Part shown: positions 44,404-56,330 of the stretch, in pieces
How the letters are laid out: every line of letters starts with the position of its first letter
Numbering within the stretch: position 1 is the stretch's first letter
Source: the human T2T-CHM13v2.0 reference genome, Homo sapiens
Assembly: GCF_009914755.1 (NCBI RefSeq)
Contig: NC_060930.1
Reading direction: 5' to 3' (one strand)
DNA length: 64,000 bases
The notes under the pieces: generated by a model
Told to the model about the DNA's origin: nothing
What the model saw: only the letters and a program-made list of their open reading frames with translations
The model's database searches: none
Translations under genes and position numbers: made by a program

Positions 44404-45546
44404 TATCGGGGGAATCCGTCCCCGATATTTCAATGTAGGTTCTTTCTGTTTTCCATAAGTGTCGGCCAGTTGAGAAATAAAGAGAAAGAGTACAAAGAGA
44501 GGAATTTTACAGCTGGGCTGCTGGGGGTGACATCACATATTGGTAGGACCATGATGCCCACCTGAGCCTCAAAACCAGCAAGTTTTTATTAAGGATTTCA
44601 AAAGGAGAGGGGGTGTACGCACAGGGAGTAGGTACAAAGATCACATGCTTCAAAGGGCAAAAAGCAGAACTATTAATAAGGGTCTAACAAAGATCACAAG
44701 GCAAAGGGCAAAAGCAGAACTACTGGTAAGGGTCCAACAAAGATCACAAGGCAAAGGGCAAAAGCAGAACTACTAATAAGGGTCTAACAAAGATCACAAG
44801 GCAAAGGGCAAAAGCAGAACTACTAATAGGGGTCTATGTTCAGCAGTGCACGTATTGTCTTGATAATATTGTCTTGATAAACATCTTAAACAACAGAAAA
44901 CAGGGTTTGAGAGCAGAGAACTGGTCTGACCACTAATTTACCAGGGCAGGGTTTTTCCCCACCCTAGTAAGCCCGAGGATACTGCAGGAGACCAAGGCGT
45001 ATCTCAGTCCTTATCTCAGCTGCATAAGACAGACATTCCCAGAGCGGCCATTTATAGACCTCCCCCCAGGAATGCATTCCTTTCCCAGAGTATTAATATT
45101 AATATTCCTTGCTAGGAAAAGAATTTAGTGATATCTTTCCTACTTGCATGTCCATTTATAGGCTCTCTGCAAGAAGAAAAATATGGCTCTTTTTGCCCTA
45201 CCCCGCAGGCAGTCAGACCTCATGGTTGTCTTCCCTTATTCCCTAAAAATCTCTGTTATTCTGTTCTTTTTCAAGGTGCACTGATTTCATATTGTTCAAA
45301 CACACATGTTTTACAATCAATTTTTACAGTTAACACAATTATCACAGTGGTCCTGAGGTGACGTACATCCTCAGCTTATGAAGATAATAGGATTAAGAGA
45401 TTAAAGTAAGACAGGCATAAGAAATTATAAAAGTATTATTGGGGAACTGATAAACGACCATATTCAAATGAAATCTTCACAATTTATGTTCCTCTGCCGC
45501 GGCTCCAGCTGGTCCTTCCATTCAGGGTCCCTGACTTCCTGCAATG
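44404..45546 (-). mobile_element. MER11 (A/B-like; HERV-K11/HML-8) solo LTR
   Basis: Ends TATCGGGGG and CAGGGTCCCTGACTTCCTGCAATG (consensus start tgttgcgggaagtcagggacc). 6-bp TSD CCATTC/CCGTTC. Internal 50-bp repeats. Confidence 0.92.
44634..44836. repeat. Four tandem copies of a ~50-bp unit inside MER11
   Basis: Unit ACAAAGATCACAAGGCAAAGGGCAAAAGCAGAACTACTAATAAGGGTCTA starts at 44634 (53-bp variant), 44687, 44737 and 44787. Confidence 0.95.
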
Positions 45547-46479
45547 CCGTTCAGCTACTTTCAGCCTTTTAATTGAAAAAAATGAGACCATTTACATTCA
45601 ATGTTATTGTTTTGTAAGGACTCACTACTGCCATTTCATTGCCTGTTTTCTAGTTGTTTTGAGAATCCTCTCTATCTTCTTACTGTCTTCCTTTGTGGTT
45701 AGTGATTTTCTCTGGTAGTGTGTTTTAATTTGTTGCTATTTATTTTTAATGAACGTATTAAAGGTTTTTGTGTTGTGGTTACCCATGAGGCTTATAAAAA
45801 TATCTTATAGGGATAAAACATTATTTTAAAGAGATGACAACTTATCTTAGAACCCAAACAAAGGAAAAGAAACAAAGACCAAAAACACACAAAAATTCTA
45901 TACTTTAACTTCACTCCCCCCGTTTTGACTTAGTTGTGTCAGTGTACATATTTTTACATTACCTATGTCTTAACTGGTTGCTGTAGTTATTGTTCTTGAC
46001 AGGTTTGTCTTTTGAATTTCATACTAGGGTTATGAATGAATTGTACTCCATGATTACAGTAATAGAGTATTCTGGGTTTGTCCATGTACTTAATTTTACC
46101 AGTGGGTTTTATACATTGAAAAGTTCTCTTTTTTCATGTTAGTGTTTTCTTCTTTCAGATGGAAGAATTCCATCTGGCATTTCTTGTAAGATGGGTCCGG
46201 TGGTGGTGAATTATCTCAGCTTTTGCTTGGGAAAATCATTATCTTTTCTTCATATTTAAAGAATTTTTTTCTGTATACAGTATTCTTGGGTGAAAGTCCA
46301 ATACTCTCACCATCTGCTCTGAGTATTTTACTACTCTGTGGCCCCAGGATCTGTCTCACCCTCATATTTGAGTTCTGGATTGTTGCTGCTGAAAACCTTA
46401 GTGCTGTGCATTTGTTTTAGGTTTTCAGCTGGAGAGAGTAGAGCCACCTTGCTTCCATACTGTCATTTAAAAATCGAAA

Positions 46480-47825
46480 CTATCATTATAGTTTTAATTT
46501 GCATTTCCCTAATTACTTAATTATATTATCTTTTTATATACAAATGGATCATTTATCATTCATGTATATTATTTGGATAAATGTTTGCTTAAATATCTTG
46601 CATGTTTGAGTTTTGTTGTTTTATTGAGTAGTTTTGTGAGTTTTAAATAACATGCTGATATAGGTATTTCTTCAGATATTTTATTTTAAGATATTTTCTC
46701 TCAGTCTATAACTTTAATTCTCTTCCAAGAGTTGTTCAAAGAGCAGAGGGTTTTAATTTTAACAAAATCCAGTTTATTCATCTGTTCTTTTATACATCAT
46801 GCTTTTGGTGTATCTAAGAAATCATTACCTAATTCAGCATCATGAACATTTTCTCCTTTACTTTCTTCTAGAAGTTTTATAGGTTTGGACTTTGCATTTA
46901 GGCCTATGATTTATTTGGAATTAATTTTTATTTACATTGGTAGGTGTAGATGGAAGTTTATCATTTTGTATATGGATTCTGAATAGTTCCAGTACTATTT
47001 GTTGAAAGACTATCCTCTTTTTTTACTGTAATGGTTTGCATTTTTTTTTTTTGAAAATCAACCGATCACATATACATGGGCCCATTTTTGGACCCTTTAC
47101 TCAGTCTGATTTATCTATTTCTCTGTTTTTATGTCAATACCACATTTTGGATTAATGTAGCTTTAATGTTAAGTCTGGAACTTAGGTAATATAAATCTTC
47201 CAACTGTGTGCTTTTTCAAAGTTACTCTGGCTATTCTATGTCCTCCGCATTTTGCATGAATTTTAGAATCAGTATGCCAAATTCTAAAAGAAAGACTTCC
47301 AGAATTTTAATGGAATGGCATTTAATATATAGGTCAATTTATAATAAGTGACGTTGTAACAAGATTGAGAGTTTCAATCCATGAACACAGTATAGCTTTC
47401 ATTTTTGTAGGTCTTTATTTCTTTCAATAGTGTTTTATAATTTCTATTGTATAGCCCTTATATACCTTTTGTCCAGTCTTTCTCTAAGTATTTTATTTTT
47501 TCTGATGCTATTTCAAAATATTCAGTTTCTAATTGTTAATTACTAATGCACAAGAAATATGATTGACTTATATGTACTGACATTGAATCCCATACATTGC
47601 TAAACTCATGCCTTAGTTCTAGGCATTTTCTTGTAGACTCTGTAAGATTTTCTTTGTACACTGTCATGTTGTATGTAAATAAAGACAGTTTAACTTCTTG
47701 TTTTCCAATCTAGCTACCATTTTTTTTTCTGTTTCTTGCCTAATTTCACTCTCTAGAACCTCCAGTACAATGTTGAATAAAAGTGGTAAGAGAATGGATG
47801 TCCTTGCCTTGTTTCTAATCTCAGG
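46480..47825 (-). mobile_element. Old L1M (MC/MD-like) ORF2 fragment
   Basis: ORF 47664..47885 contains [39 protein letters not shown]; CCAGTACTATTTGTTGAAAGACTATCC. Confidence 0.8.
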
Positions 47826-48166
47826 TTGCATGTAGGGGGAGTGCTTGCTGCCACAGTCATGTCTTTCCCAATTTCTCCTATCCATGGCTAATGATCAGGC
47901 CTGAACACAATGAAGTATTTATAAATAAAATTCCCCCTTTTTTCCCCAGCAGTATTAATAAAGTTTTAGGTTTAGCTCAAGTAAAATTACTACATGCACT
48001 GTATTGCTAGATATAATTATATATAAATATATATAATACACACATTTTAATTGGGAATTGGAACTTTTTTTTCCATGAGGTATAGCAAACCTTTAAGTTC
48101 AAATCTTTACTATGTATATATAATCTATATATATGATGTATAAAAAGATTAAAATTTAAACAACAT

Positions 48167-48461
48167 ATATATATATATACACATATATACTTTTTTTTTT
48201 TTTTGAAACAGAGTTTTGCTCTTGTTGCCCAGGCTGTAGTGCAATGGTGTGATCTCTGCTCACTGCAACCTTCGCCTCCCGGAGTCAAGCGATTCTGGTG
48301 CCTCAGCCTCCCGAATAGTGGAATTTTTTATTTTTATTTTTTGGTAGAGACAGGGTTTCACCATGTTGGCCTGGCTGGTCTCGAACTCCTAACCTCAGGT
48401 GATCCACCTGCCTTGGCCTTCCATCGTGCTGGGATTACAGGCATGAGCCACTGTACCTAGC
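48167..48461 (-). mobile_element. AluSq/Sp-like SINE with internal deletion and (TA)n-extended tail
   Basis: GAGTTTTGCTCTTGTTGCCCAGG. About 30 bp missing next to the middle A-rich linker. TAAA(C)AACAT on both flanks. Confidence 0.9.
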
Positions 48462-49479
48462 TAAAAACATCTTAACTGGTTACCACAATCTCAGCACTGG
48501 ATGGATCCTTTGGTTATCATGCTAGGTAAAGCAGAGATTCTGTAAGGTGCAGAACCCCCTAGGCACACTAGAAAGATAGATGATACTTTGTTGTCTTGGA
48601 GGAGTTTTGGCTTCATTTTACTCTAATCTAGGTTTCTCTACTTCAAATAATAAGTTTTCCAAGTGACAGGAAAGGAACTCTCACCCCTGTCTGCGGTGAA
48701 GATGAGTAAGGGAATGTAATCAATAAAGTCATTAAGTAGAGGTTTCAGGGGCCAGATCAGGTCCTTTTGTCCATCTGAGTCCTGGAATCTGGCCTGACAT
48801 TGTGGCTTTAGTGTAGGGTCAGACAGAAGGCTTAATAAATGTCCTTGCCTTTAGTAAACTTTTATTTTTAAAACATTGCTTTAATAATATATCTGGGTAA
48901 TGATTACCAATGGATACCAAAACAATTAGGTGAAAGGTTGAAGGGGGAGCTTTTTTATGGTAGGATCAGCCAGTATCTCCATGCACCCACAGTTAAATGA
49001 ATCCTGGGAACAGAGACCTGGACCAAATCATGTCTTTGCCATTAAGAACTTTATAAACTTGGGAGGAGGTGGAGGTGGATGTAGTTTGGGAAGACATGTA
49101 ATTAGATATGTGCAGTAAATTATAATTGGCATTATGAATAAAACTGTATGTGGTATATAAGAGTGAAGGGAAAAGGAGAGGATAACCAGATATCCTAGTG
49201 AGGACAAGATAACTCAGATTGCTGGTGGGATGTCTGGGTTGAATATTGAGAAGCATGCAGAGCCCCGCAGGCAGCCAAGCATAATCTTGATTGCACACTC
49301 TGATGACACACTGTATTTTTCTTCTGTAGCACTAACAGATTGTAATATTTTATATTTGTAAAAAAATTTTGCTTATTATTGTTTTTCCTACTTGAGAATA
49401 TAAACACTTGTGGGGCTCTTGTTCGCCATTGTATAAAGAGAGTCCTGCGGCTTTTCCCCCACTATAGCCTTTCAGCTTT

Positions 49480-50130
49480 TAAACCATTTTATTATGTAAA
49501 ATTTCAAAGATACACAAAAGTAGAGAATGTTGTTTAATAAACCTTCATATACCTCTCAGCAACCTCAATAATTACCATTGTTTTGTCAATCTTATTTCAA
49601 CTATCATCTAGTCCCTTATTGTTTTTTTTTTTGCTTAAGTATTTTAAAACAAATTCCATGTCATTTCACTTAATAGGAATCTCTAATTGAAAAGTATGTT
49701 TTTTACGTAAATGCCATCTTCCAGTCCACATTCAAATTTCTCAAATTGTCTCAAATATGTCTTTTTATAGTGTTTTGTTGGAATTAGGACCAAAACAAGG
49801 TCCACCAGTTATGCTTGGTTGTTATGTCTCTTCAGTATATTTTATTCTATAATTATCTACCTAACCTTATGTTTTTAAAAAAAAATTCCACTAATATATC
49901 CTGGAGAATGCCCTGCATTCTGGATTTGGCTAAGTGCTTCTTTGGGGTGTCATTTAACTGTTTCTTCTATTCTATATGCCTCTTATAAACTACTTGTTAT
50001 ATTGAGGAGTTCGAGTAGATGAAGGTTCTACTCTTTTCCTAATACTATTTTGTAAATGAGGTAGGTATTTCCTACTGTATCATATGCGCATCATGAAGCA
50101 CATAATTATCCCTATTATCCCATCTTTAAT
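49480..50130 (-). mobile_element. Old L1 (L1MC4/5-like) 3' end
   Basis: TTTTATTATGTAAAATTTCAAAGATACACAAAAGTAGAGAAT...AGGACCAAAACAAGGTCCAC...TTGGTTGTTATGTCTCTT. Confidence 0.6.
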
Positions 50131-51326
50131 GTCCCACCATAGTTAGGAGAAACTTCACTGAAGAAGTAGTATTTGAACAGGGTCTTGAAAAACCCTTGCC
50201 AGTTGGTTAATGACAGTGGTACAGAGGGAAGAGCAGGCACAGAGGCAAATAATCATACATACCAGGGGATGATGTGAAAACTAGCAAGTTTAGTTTTTCT
50301 TTTTATCAAATTTAGAATAGATAATGCACTTTGAAAATTGCATTTAAATCCAATTTTATTCACCATTACTTTTAGGATAATTACTTTTGAGACTGGAACA
50401 TTTTATACTCTGGCTAAAGATAGGTTTTGCTATTTAAGTCACTCTTACTAATCAAGTTTTTTTTTTCTTTTTTCTGCCCTACTGAAGAAAGTTTACTGTT
50501 TTTATCTTGAGATATACTGTGGCCTGCAGTAAGAATGTCAAATCTGGAAAGAGTCCTTTTAGTTTAATAACATTGCTTGATCGCATTGTGGCATATAAAT
50601 AAATAAATGGAATTTGCTAAAATTTTATTCAATTAAATCACAGGCTTTGTTTCATGAAATACTTGACTCTGTGGGTCAAGGGCTATTTTATTGAATGCAG
50701 AACACTGTAAAATTCATCAGGTACATCCTAGAATAATGTTATATCTATTTTATTGAATGATTTAAATTGACATTTGGTTAATAGGAAACAATAGGACCTG
50801 ATTAAAAAAAATGTAATGATGGCAGGAATAGGAAAGACTATCACTCAATCAGTGTTTTCCAGGGATGCATAGAGTTTAGTTATATAGATAAAGTACACCT
50901 TGGAAAGCTGGGGACTGATTATAGGAAGTAGGATCATTTTATATAGAGGATGTAGGTAGAGCCCCATGAGAAGGGTCTTCTTTCTGGGATATCTCCTCAT
51001 AATCTTTTTTGCTAATGACTGAGATTTTACCATTAATAAATAATTGTTCATTACTAGAATGGAGCAACTTTAGGTCTGGTTTTATAATAAGCTTTACTAG
51101 CTTTAGCACCTTGATGTGTATTAGGTCTGATAGGGTAGTCTGTCCTTGAGAGAATAAGTAGGTGTCAGTAGAGCAATGACATTGAGCAGGTCAAGATGAA
51201 GTAAAAGGGAACTTCCAAGGGAGATTAGGCTCATGAGTGGGCATACGACTGGAGGAGTTGTGCTGTGAAGTCACTGGCTTGGGTTAGGGTCTGCTAATCT
51301 TATAACAACAGCAAGGTCACAGCTGG

Positions 51327-51434
51327 GTGTGTGCGTGTGTGTGTGTATATATATGTGTGTGTATATATGTGTATATATGTATATATGTGTGTATATATAT
51401 ATGTTTGTATATATATATACACACACACACATAC
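51327..51434. repeat. Compound (GT)n/(AT)n/(AC)n microsatellite
   Basis: About 108 bp of almost uninterrupted purine-pyrimidine alternation. Confidence 0.95.
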
Positions 51435-52754
51435 AGTTTTATGGTTATGATACTTAGTTAATGAAATTGGCTAAAGGTGAGTGTTGACAGGATGCATCTG
51501 ATATAACTATTTGGTTGATAATTTGTCATATAGAGGAAGTCTGTGGTTAACATAATCTATTAATGCATTAATACATGCATGGTTTGTATGGAGTATTCCC
51601 TTGTAAGTCAAAATATCATACGGATTATTTCTGCAAGGTGGTGAAACTTCCCCCCGCCCCCAGGGTGGTATATGAGCCCAAAGGTTCTGTTGGTGGGTAG
51701 AAATAAAAGGGCTTTGTTTATAGCAGTATTTTGTCAAAATGGAGAGATGGAGCCATAAACAGGGGAATAGCCAAGTCAGAAATAGGATTAACAGGATTGT
51801 GTGTCAAACCAAGGTGTCAGCCAGTTCAGGAGTCAGCTGAAAAGGACTTGCATTTGTATGCCCTTGCGTGTGCTAACTGGCATGTGCTCTTGCAGTGGGC
51901 ACACTTGTGCTAAGGGGTCATCATGGGGCGTGTCCAGTAATGTGAGCAGTGCTTTTTCATGCTTGCATCCAGGAGATTCCCATGCTGGTGTGTTAAATAG
52001 TAAACTTCATGTGAATGTCACCTGAAGAAAACAGAAATTTACAAGGTCACGTAAATGCTCAATTTAAAGTGTAACTGTGTTTTAAGTAATGACTTAGTCT
52101 GTGTTCTGTTCTGAATTGGTGTTTGGGGACATGAAAACATCCCAAACAAATAGCCACTGAATACATTTTGTGGTAGATGAGGAAGATTTATCTCTACATG
52201 TTGGGATTTGAGCCAGTATTTTTTTAAATTATAAACATAAAATGTGACTAGAATACATTCCCGAGCTATTCCACAATCAAATGGGTGCAATGAGTTTGTG
52301 AGCTGTGCAAGTAAATAAAGTAAATGTGATTCTGAATGTACATATCTCTGATATAGGGGTCAAACTGAGCTGCTCATAAAGCAAACAGGGAAAGAAGAGT
52401 GAGGCATGAATGTACTAGTGGGGCATGAATGTCCTAGCCTCTAATGGTATCATTTCAGAAGCTAATATAATATTTCAAGAAAGAGTTTTAAGTTTCAGCA
52501 GTGACTAAAATATAAAGTTTACAAAGCAACCTTTCACTTAGCACAAGGAAGTGCTATGAGATTCCTTTCATTAGGAGTCTCATAAAAGTCAAAAGGCAAA
52601 GACAGTAGATAAAAGACAAGGGACCTCTCAAACCATGCTGCTTCTCTGCTGTTCCATATGTGGCAATCACTGACACATAACTTCCTCTGTGTGATAACTT
52701 CCTGACATTTCTATATCATGCTTAGTTGTGCTTCCCTCTCACTAAATAGCTGCA

Positions 52755-52880
52755 CAGTCATTTATTCATTCAGTAAACATCTATCATCAGCCTTCTATAT
52801 GCCACATACTGTGCCATGGGCTGAGGATAAAGATATAAAGAAGACACAGGCTTTGTTCTCCAGGAGTTCACAGCTTAGGA
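52755..52880 (-). mobile_element. L2 3' end
   Basis: TCATTTATTCATTCAGTAAACATCTAT...ATGCCACATACTGTGC...GGAGTTCACAG. Confidence 0.7.
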
Positions 52881-54762
52881 AGCTGGTTTATAGCAGTCTT
52901 TAGAAGGGCTACTGCTTGATGTTGCCTATTTCAGATAAAAATAGAAAATATGCTATTCCTTCCTCTCTTTTTCTCTCCTGTCTCCCTATGATGCCAAACT
53001 TCCAATCAGCAACAGTTACATTTCTAAGCTTCTATCACAGACTATTTCTATTTTTATTCTGGCCAAGGCAACCACCCTACTCAGATCCTCTCTTCTTTCT
53101 TCCTTTGCCCTCCTAATCATTATCTCCTAAAGATAAAATTGTTTTCTTTACTGAAGCAAGTAGACCACTGATTTCAAAGTTACTTTTTTCTTCCTACCCT
53201 TCAAACACATTTTAAATATAAAAACTACATTTTATAAAAAAGCACATGATTTTCTAAATACTTTATAAACCATATTCACCAATTATATAGATCAGAGGGA
53301 CCTGATTTTCTGAAAAAGATGTGTGGGCTTGTGTACTTTTACTTGATTAAAGCTGAGGAGTCACCTTTTCGTAAAACTGATCACATTTAGAACAGTTTTG
53401 AAAGTTTTTACTATGGCTGCCTCAAACAAATGAAATGAATCCACAAAAAAGTAATTCACATTCTTAGAGATTTGGTGACTTTCTGAAAGGCCATTGGGTC
53501 AAACCTGAAAAGGAGAGCACATACCATAGTCCACCCAACTTTCCCCAGAAGAAAACAAGGTGGATGAGCTACTTCCCAAAGTGGTAGACATCTGTTCACT
53601 AAGTCTTAAGTCTACAATTTGTAATTGGTAAGAATCACCACCTCTGTGCTGAGATTTCAAGTGATGCTCTCTGAATTGTGTGTTTCCTTTTGTCGTGTTT
53701 GAATCTGCTTCATGAAAGCACTTTTTAGCTTTCTGCTACATTTTAGGAAAACAACTTTTAAAAATCCAACAGAAAATGTATTTTAAAAAGCAGGAGAGCC
53801 TACTATTTTCCTTCTTTTGAGAGCCTGCATTCTGGTGAATTCTTCATTTACTCTGCTTGGTTGTAATGACTTATGACAAGATCCTGTTGTTTGAACACCC
53901 GGTCCTCAAGTGCAGACTGAATATCTACAATGACCCCCTTTAGGGTCTAGCAAGTCTCCCTGGGCCCTTTCAACATTCTATTAATGAAGATATAATTCAT
54001 TTTCACTATATCACTACCATTGTGTTTAGTTAGTAAATACATCTGAAAGCTTCCATTTAACAAATTGAAACAAAACCTCCTAGATTTTTCTTGTAAATTA
54101 GTTATTTATAATTTGATAGTCTTTCAGTCTTTTCTGCTAATGGATCAACTTTCTTCTTTTGATGGTGTAACTTTTTCTCTACTCAGTCATCTAGAGGTCG
54201 TGGATCAGTATTTCAACAACTATCACTGCTTTTTATATTTTATCCTCCAAAAAGATGTCTCACGTGCTCATTTTCAACAGAGGAGGAATTAAAAAAAATT
54301 CAGTATTCTATTCTTATGTGTACTCATACTCTGCAATTTTAAGAACACATTTCTCTTTCAAAACTTGGAATTATAGATAGATATTTAAAAATATATTTAT
54401 CATAACAATGTGCTATCAAACCTTTTTTAAAGTGCACAAATATTTCAAGCTTAAACAATGTGTTGCCAAATTAAAAGTTATAAAAAGATGCTTGGTAAAG
54501 TAAGCTAGAAGAAAAACACTTTCAAGTACACTTAGACAAAAATTTTAATAGAATGCATATCAGAGAATTATGAAGAACAAATAACATTTGAGACACACTA
54601 ACTTTTTATTTTATTGAAAGTATAAATTGAGGCTATTTATCAATTGAAATAGAATCCTTAGATAATGCTATACCCCTTTTTGTGGTAAACTCAGGGAAAG
54701 GAGCACATAGAATGTAATCTTGAATTTTGGAGTACTTTTGGAGGAGTGACTCAAAATATTTA

Positions 54763-55379
54763 TGTCTTAGCCAGGGCTCTCCAGAAAACATAGCCCGAGG
54801 CAGAACTTTCCATGATAATACTTCACTGGGAAGCATAATCCCAGGATGGCAATAGCGAGGGAAAAAGGATGGGGAGGCAGAGAAGGAGGGACAGCAAATA
54901 CGAAGTGGCTCATTACCAAACTGGCATGACTTCATGAAAAAACACAGCCAGCTTGATCATGTGGATGAGAAAAGCCATACAAAATCACGGCACTTTGGCA
55001 CAGTCTAGCAGAGGGAGGAGAAGAGGGGAATCTGTTAGCTTCTCACTGTCCTCTCCGACACTTCTGGATTTTGTCACCTGACCCCTTTGGACAGTCCGTG
55101 GAGAAGCCAGATCCTACATCCCTTGGTATGGCACTTCATCTGAGTATGGAAGAGTGGGAGAAGCCAGAATCCTGAGTTGGGCTTGGAGTCTGGAACTGTG
55201 GCAGCTCCTTCCTCAGTGGGTATAATAGCGGCTGGCACAGCCTACCCAAATGCTGAGAGGTGGCAGAGACAGCTGGTAGTGTTAGAAGGTAAGGCAACAA
55301 GTTTCCCCTAACAGCCAAGGGATCAGAAGGCAGGTGAGTCTGTGCAAATCTGGGAAACGCATAAATTGCGTCTTGTATA
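54763..55379 (-). mobile_element. ERVL-class LTR (LTR16/LTR40 group), 3' LTR of the adjacent remnant
   Basis: TGTCTTAGCCAGGGCTCTCCAGAAAACATAGCCCGAGGCAG...AATCCCAGG. Abuts ERVL internal sequence. Confidence 0.65.
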
Positions 55380-56250
55380 ATCCTCTCCTTGCAGCATTCA
55401 GATTAGCTCATACCCTCTTGTGATAGTTTAGAGTGGGGCCTCCATCTTTGTAAGAATGAGGTATTCTCATTTCACCCTCAAAAGGGAGGTATAAATCCAT
55501 CCAATCATAAATCATCTTTTAAGATGGTGGCCTATTGCAATCTTTGAAAAACAATAATCTCTAAGTCAGACTACAGTGCCCTCTGTTGTTGCTTATCTTG
55601 CTGCTATAATTGATACTCAACATCTTTCTCAAGGGTTTTTTAAAGGTCTGACTTCTTAATTGCATTTCCTTTGTTAGGATATGTTTACTGCTTGCCCACT
55701 GACAATTGTACTGGGCATGAAACTATTAAGAGAACAAAGTGAATTCCCTAGGTTTCAGACACTCTCCTCCTTGCCCCATTGTGTTACAATCCTAGCTTGC
55801 TATTGTAATTAGGGTTGATTAGCTCATAAAGTGCTATAACTCTTTTTTTTTCTGCCCTGCTTGTCCACTGACATGAAGAGTTCAGTGTGGTCGGGTGGTT
55901 TTCACAGCTTACAAATCAGTGGACACAATATGTCCTCTGGGAGAAGTAGTAACCACCCCATTCGTGGGCCCAGAATTTTTAACCTCCAGATCTTAGTTTT
56001 TTAGCATGTGAAAGCATACATTTTTGTAAGTGGGTCACTGGGAATGGTGGTGCAGAGTATCACCTAATTCCCAAGCATTCCAACTATTGAGAAGATAGTA
56101 CCATGTATTGGTCCTTGTTTAAATGTAGGTACTGCATCCTGAAAGACAGTGCTGCAATCCTGAGATGGGTTTGCCCCAAGCTAGGGCTCTAGTTGAGCTT
56201 TTAAGAGACTATCTCACTTTTATCAGGCAGTACTTCTAGCAATGCTCTCA
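55380..56250 (-). mobile_element. Degenerate ERVL internal sequence (integrase 3' region)
   Basis: Reverse complement CAGGATGCAGTACCTACATTTAAACAAGGACCAATACATGG recalls the ERVL integrase text LQDAVYxLNQRPIYG, followed by CCCAGTGACCCACTT (PSDPL). No open frame. Confidence 0.65.
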
Positions 56251-56267
56251 TAGTCATGAACCCATTG

Positions 56268-56271
<4 letters not shown>

Positions 56272-56311
<40 letters not shown>

Positions 56312-56330
56312 AAACACACACACATATATA
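56272..56330. repeat. (AC)17 microsatellite with degenerate extension
   Basis: Pure AC run at 56272-56305. Confidence 0.95.

Larger units (their letters stand above)
44028..46265 (-). mobile_element. L1M (L1MA-like) fragment spanning the ORF1 end to the ORF2 endonuclease region, split by MER11
   Basis: ORF 44028..44315 contains [19 protein letters not shown]1 text ATCCATTC|AGCTACT...CCATTTACATTCAA is continuous across the MER11. Confidence 0.8.

Noticed and set aside
44634-44836. CRISPR-like array
   Set aside because: The units are head-to-tail with no unique spacers, lie inside a retroviral LTR, and the DNA is human.
48960-49300. Possible ancient LTR fragments here and at about 51050-52000; possible old L1/HAL1 at about 8960-10100
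   Set aside because: The composition is suggestive but I could not match termini or diagnostic motifs. It needs an nhmmer search against Dfam.
52403-52437. 19-bp-period duplication GGCATGAATGT(A/C)CTAG as a p53 element
   Set aside because: It does not fit RRRCWWGYYY twice. It is an ordinary short tandem duplication.
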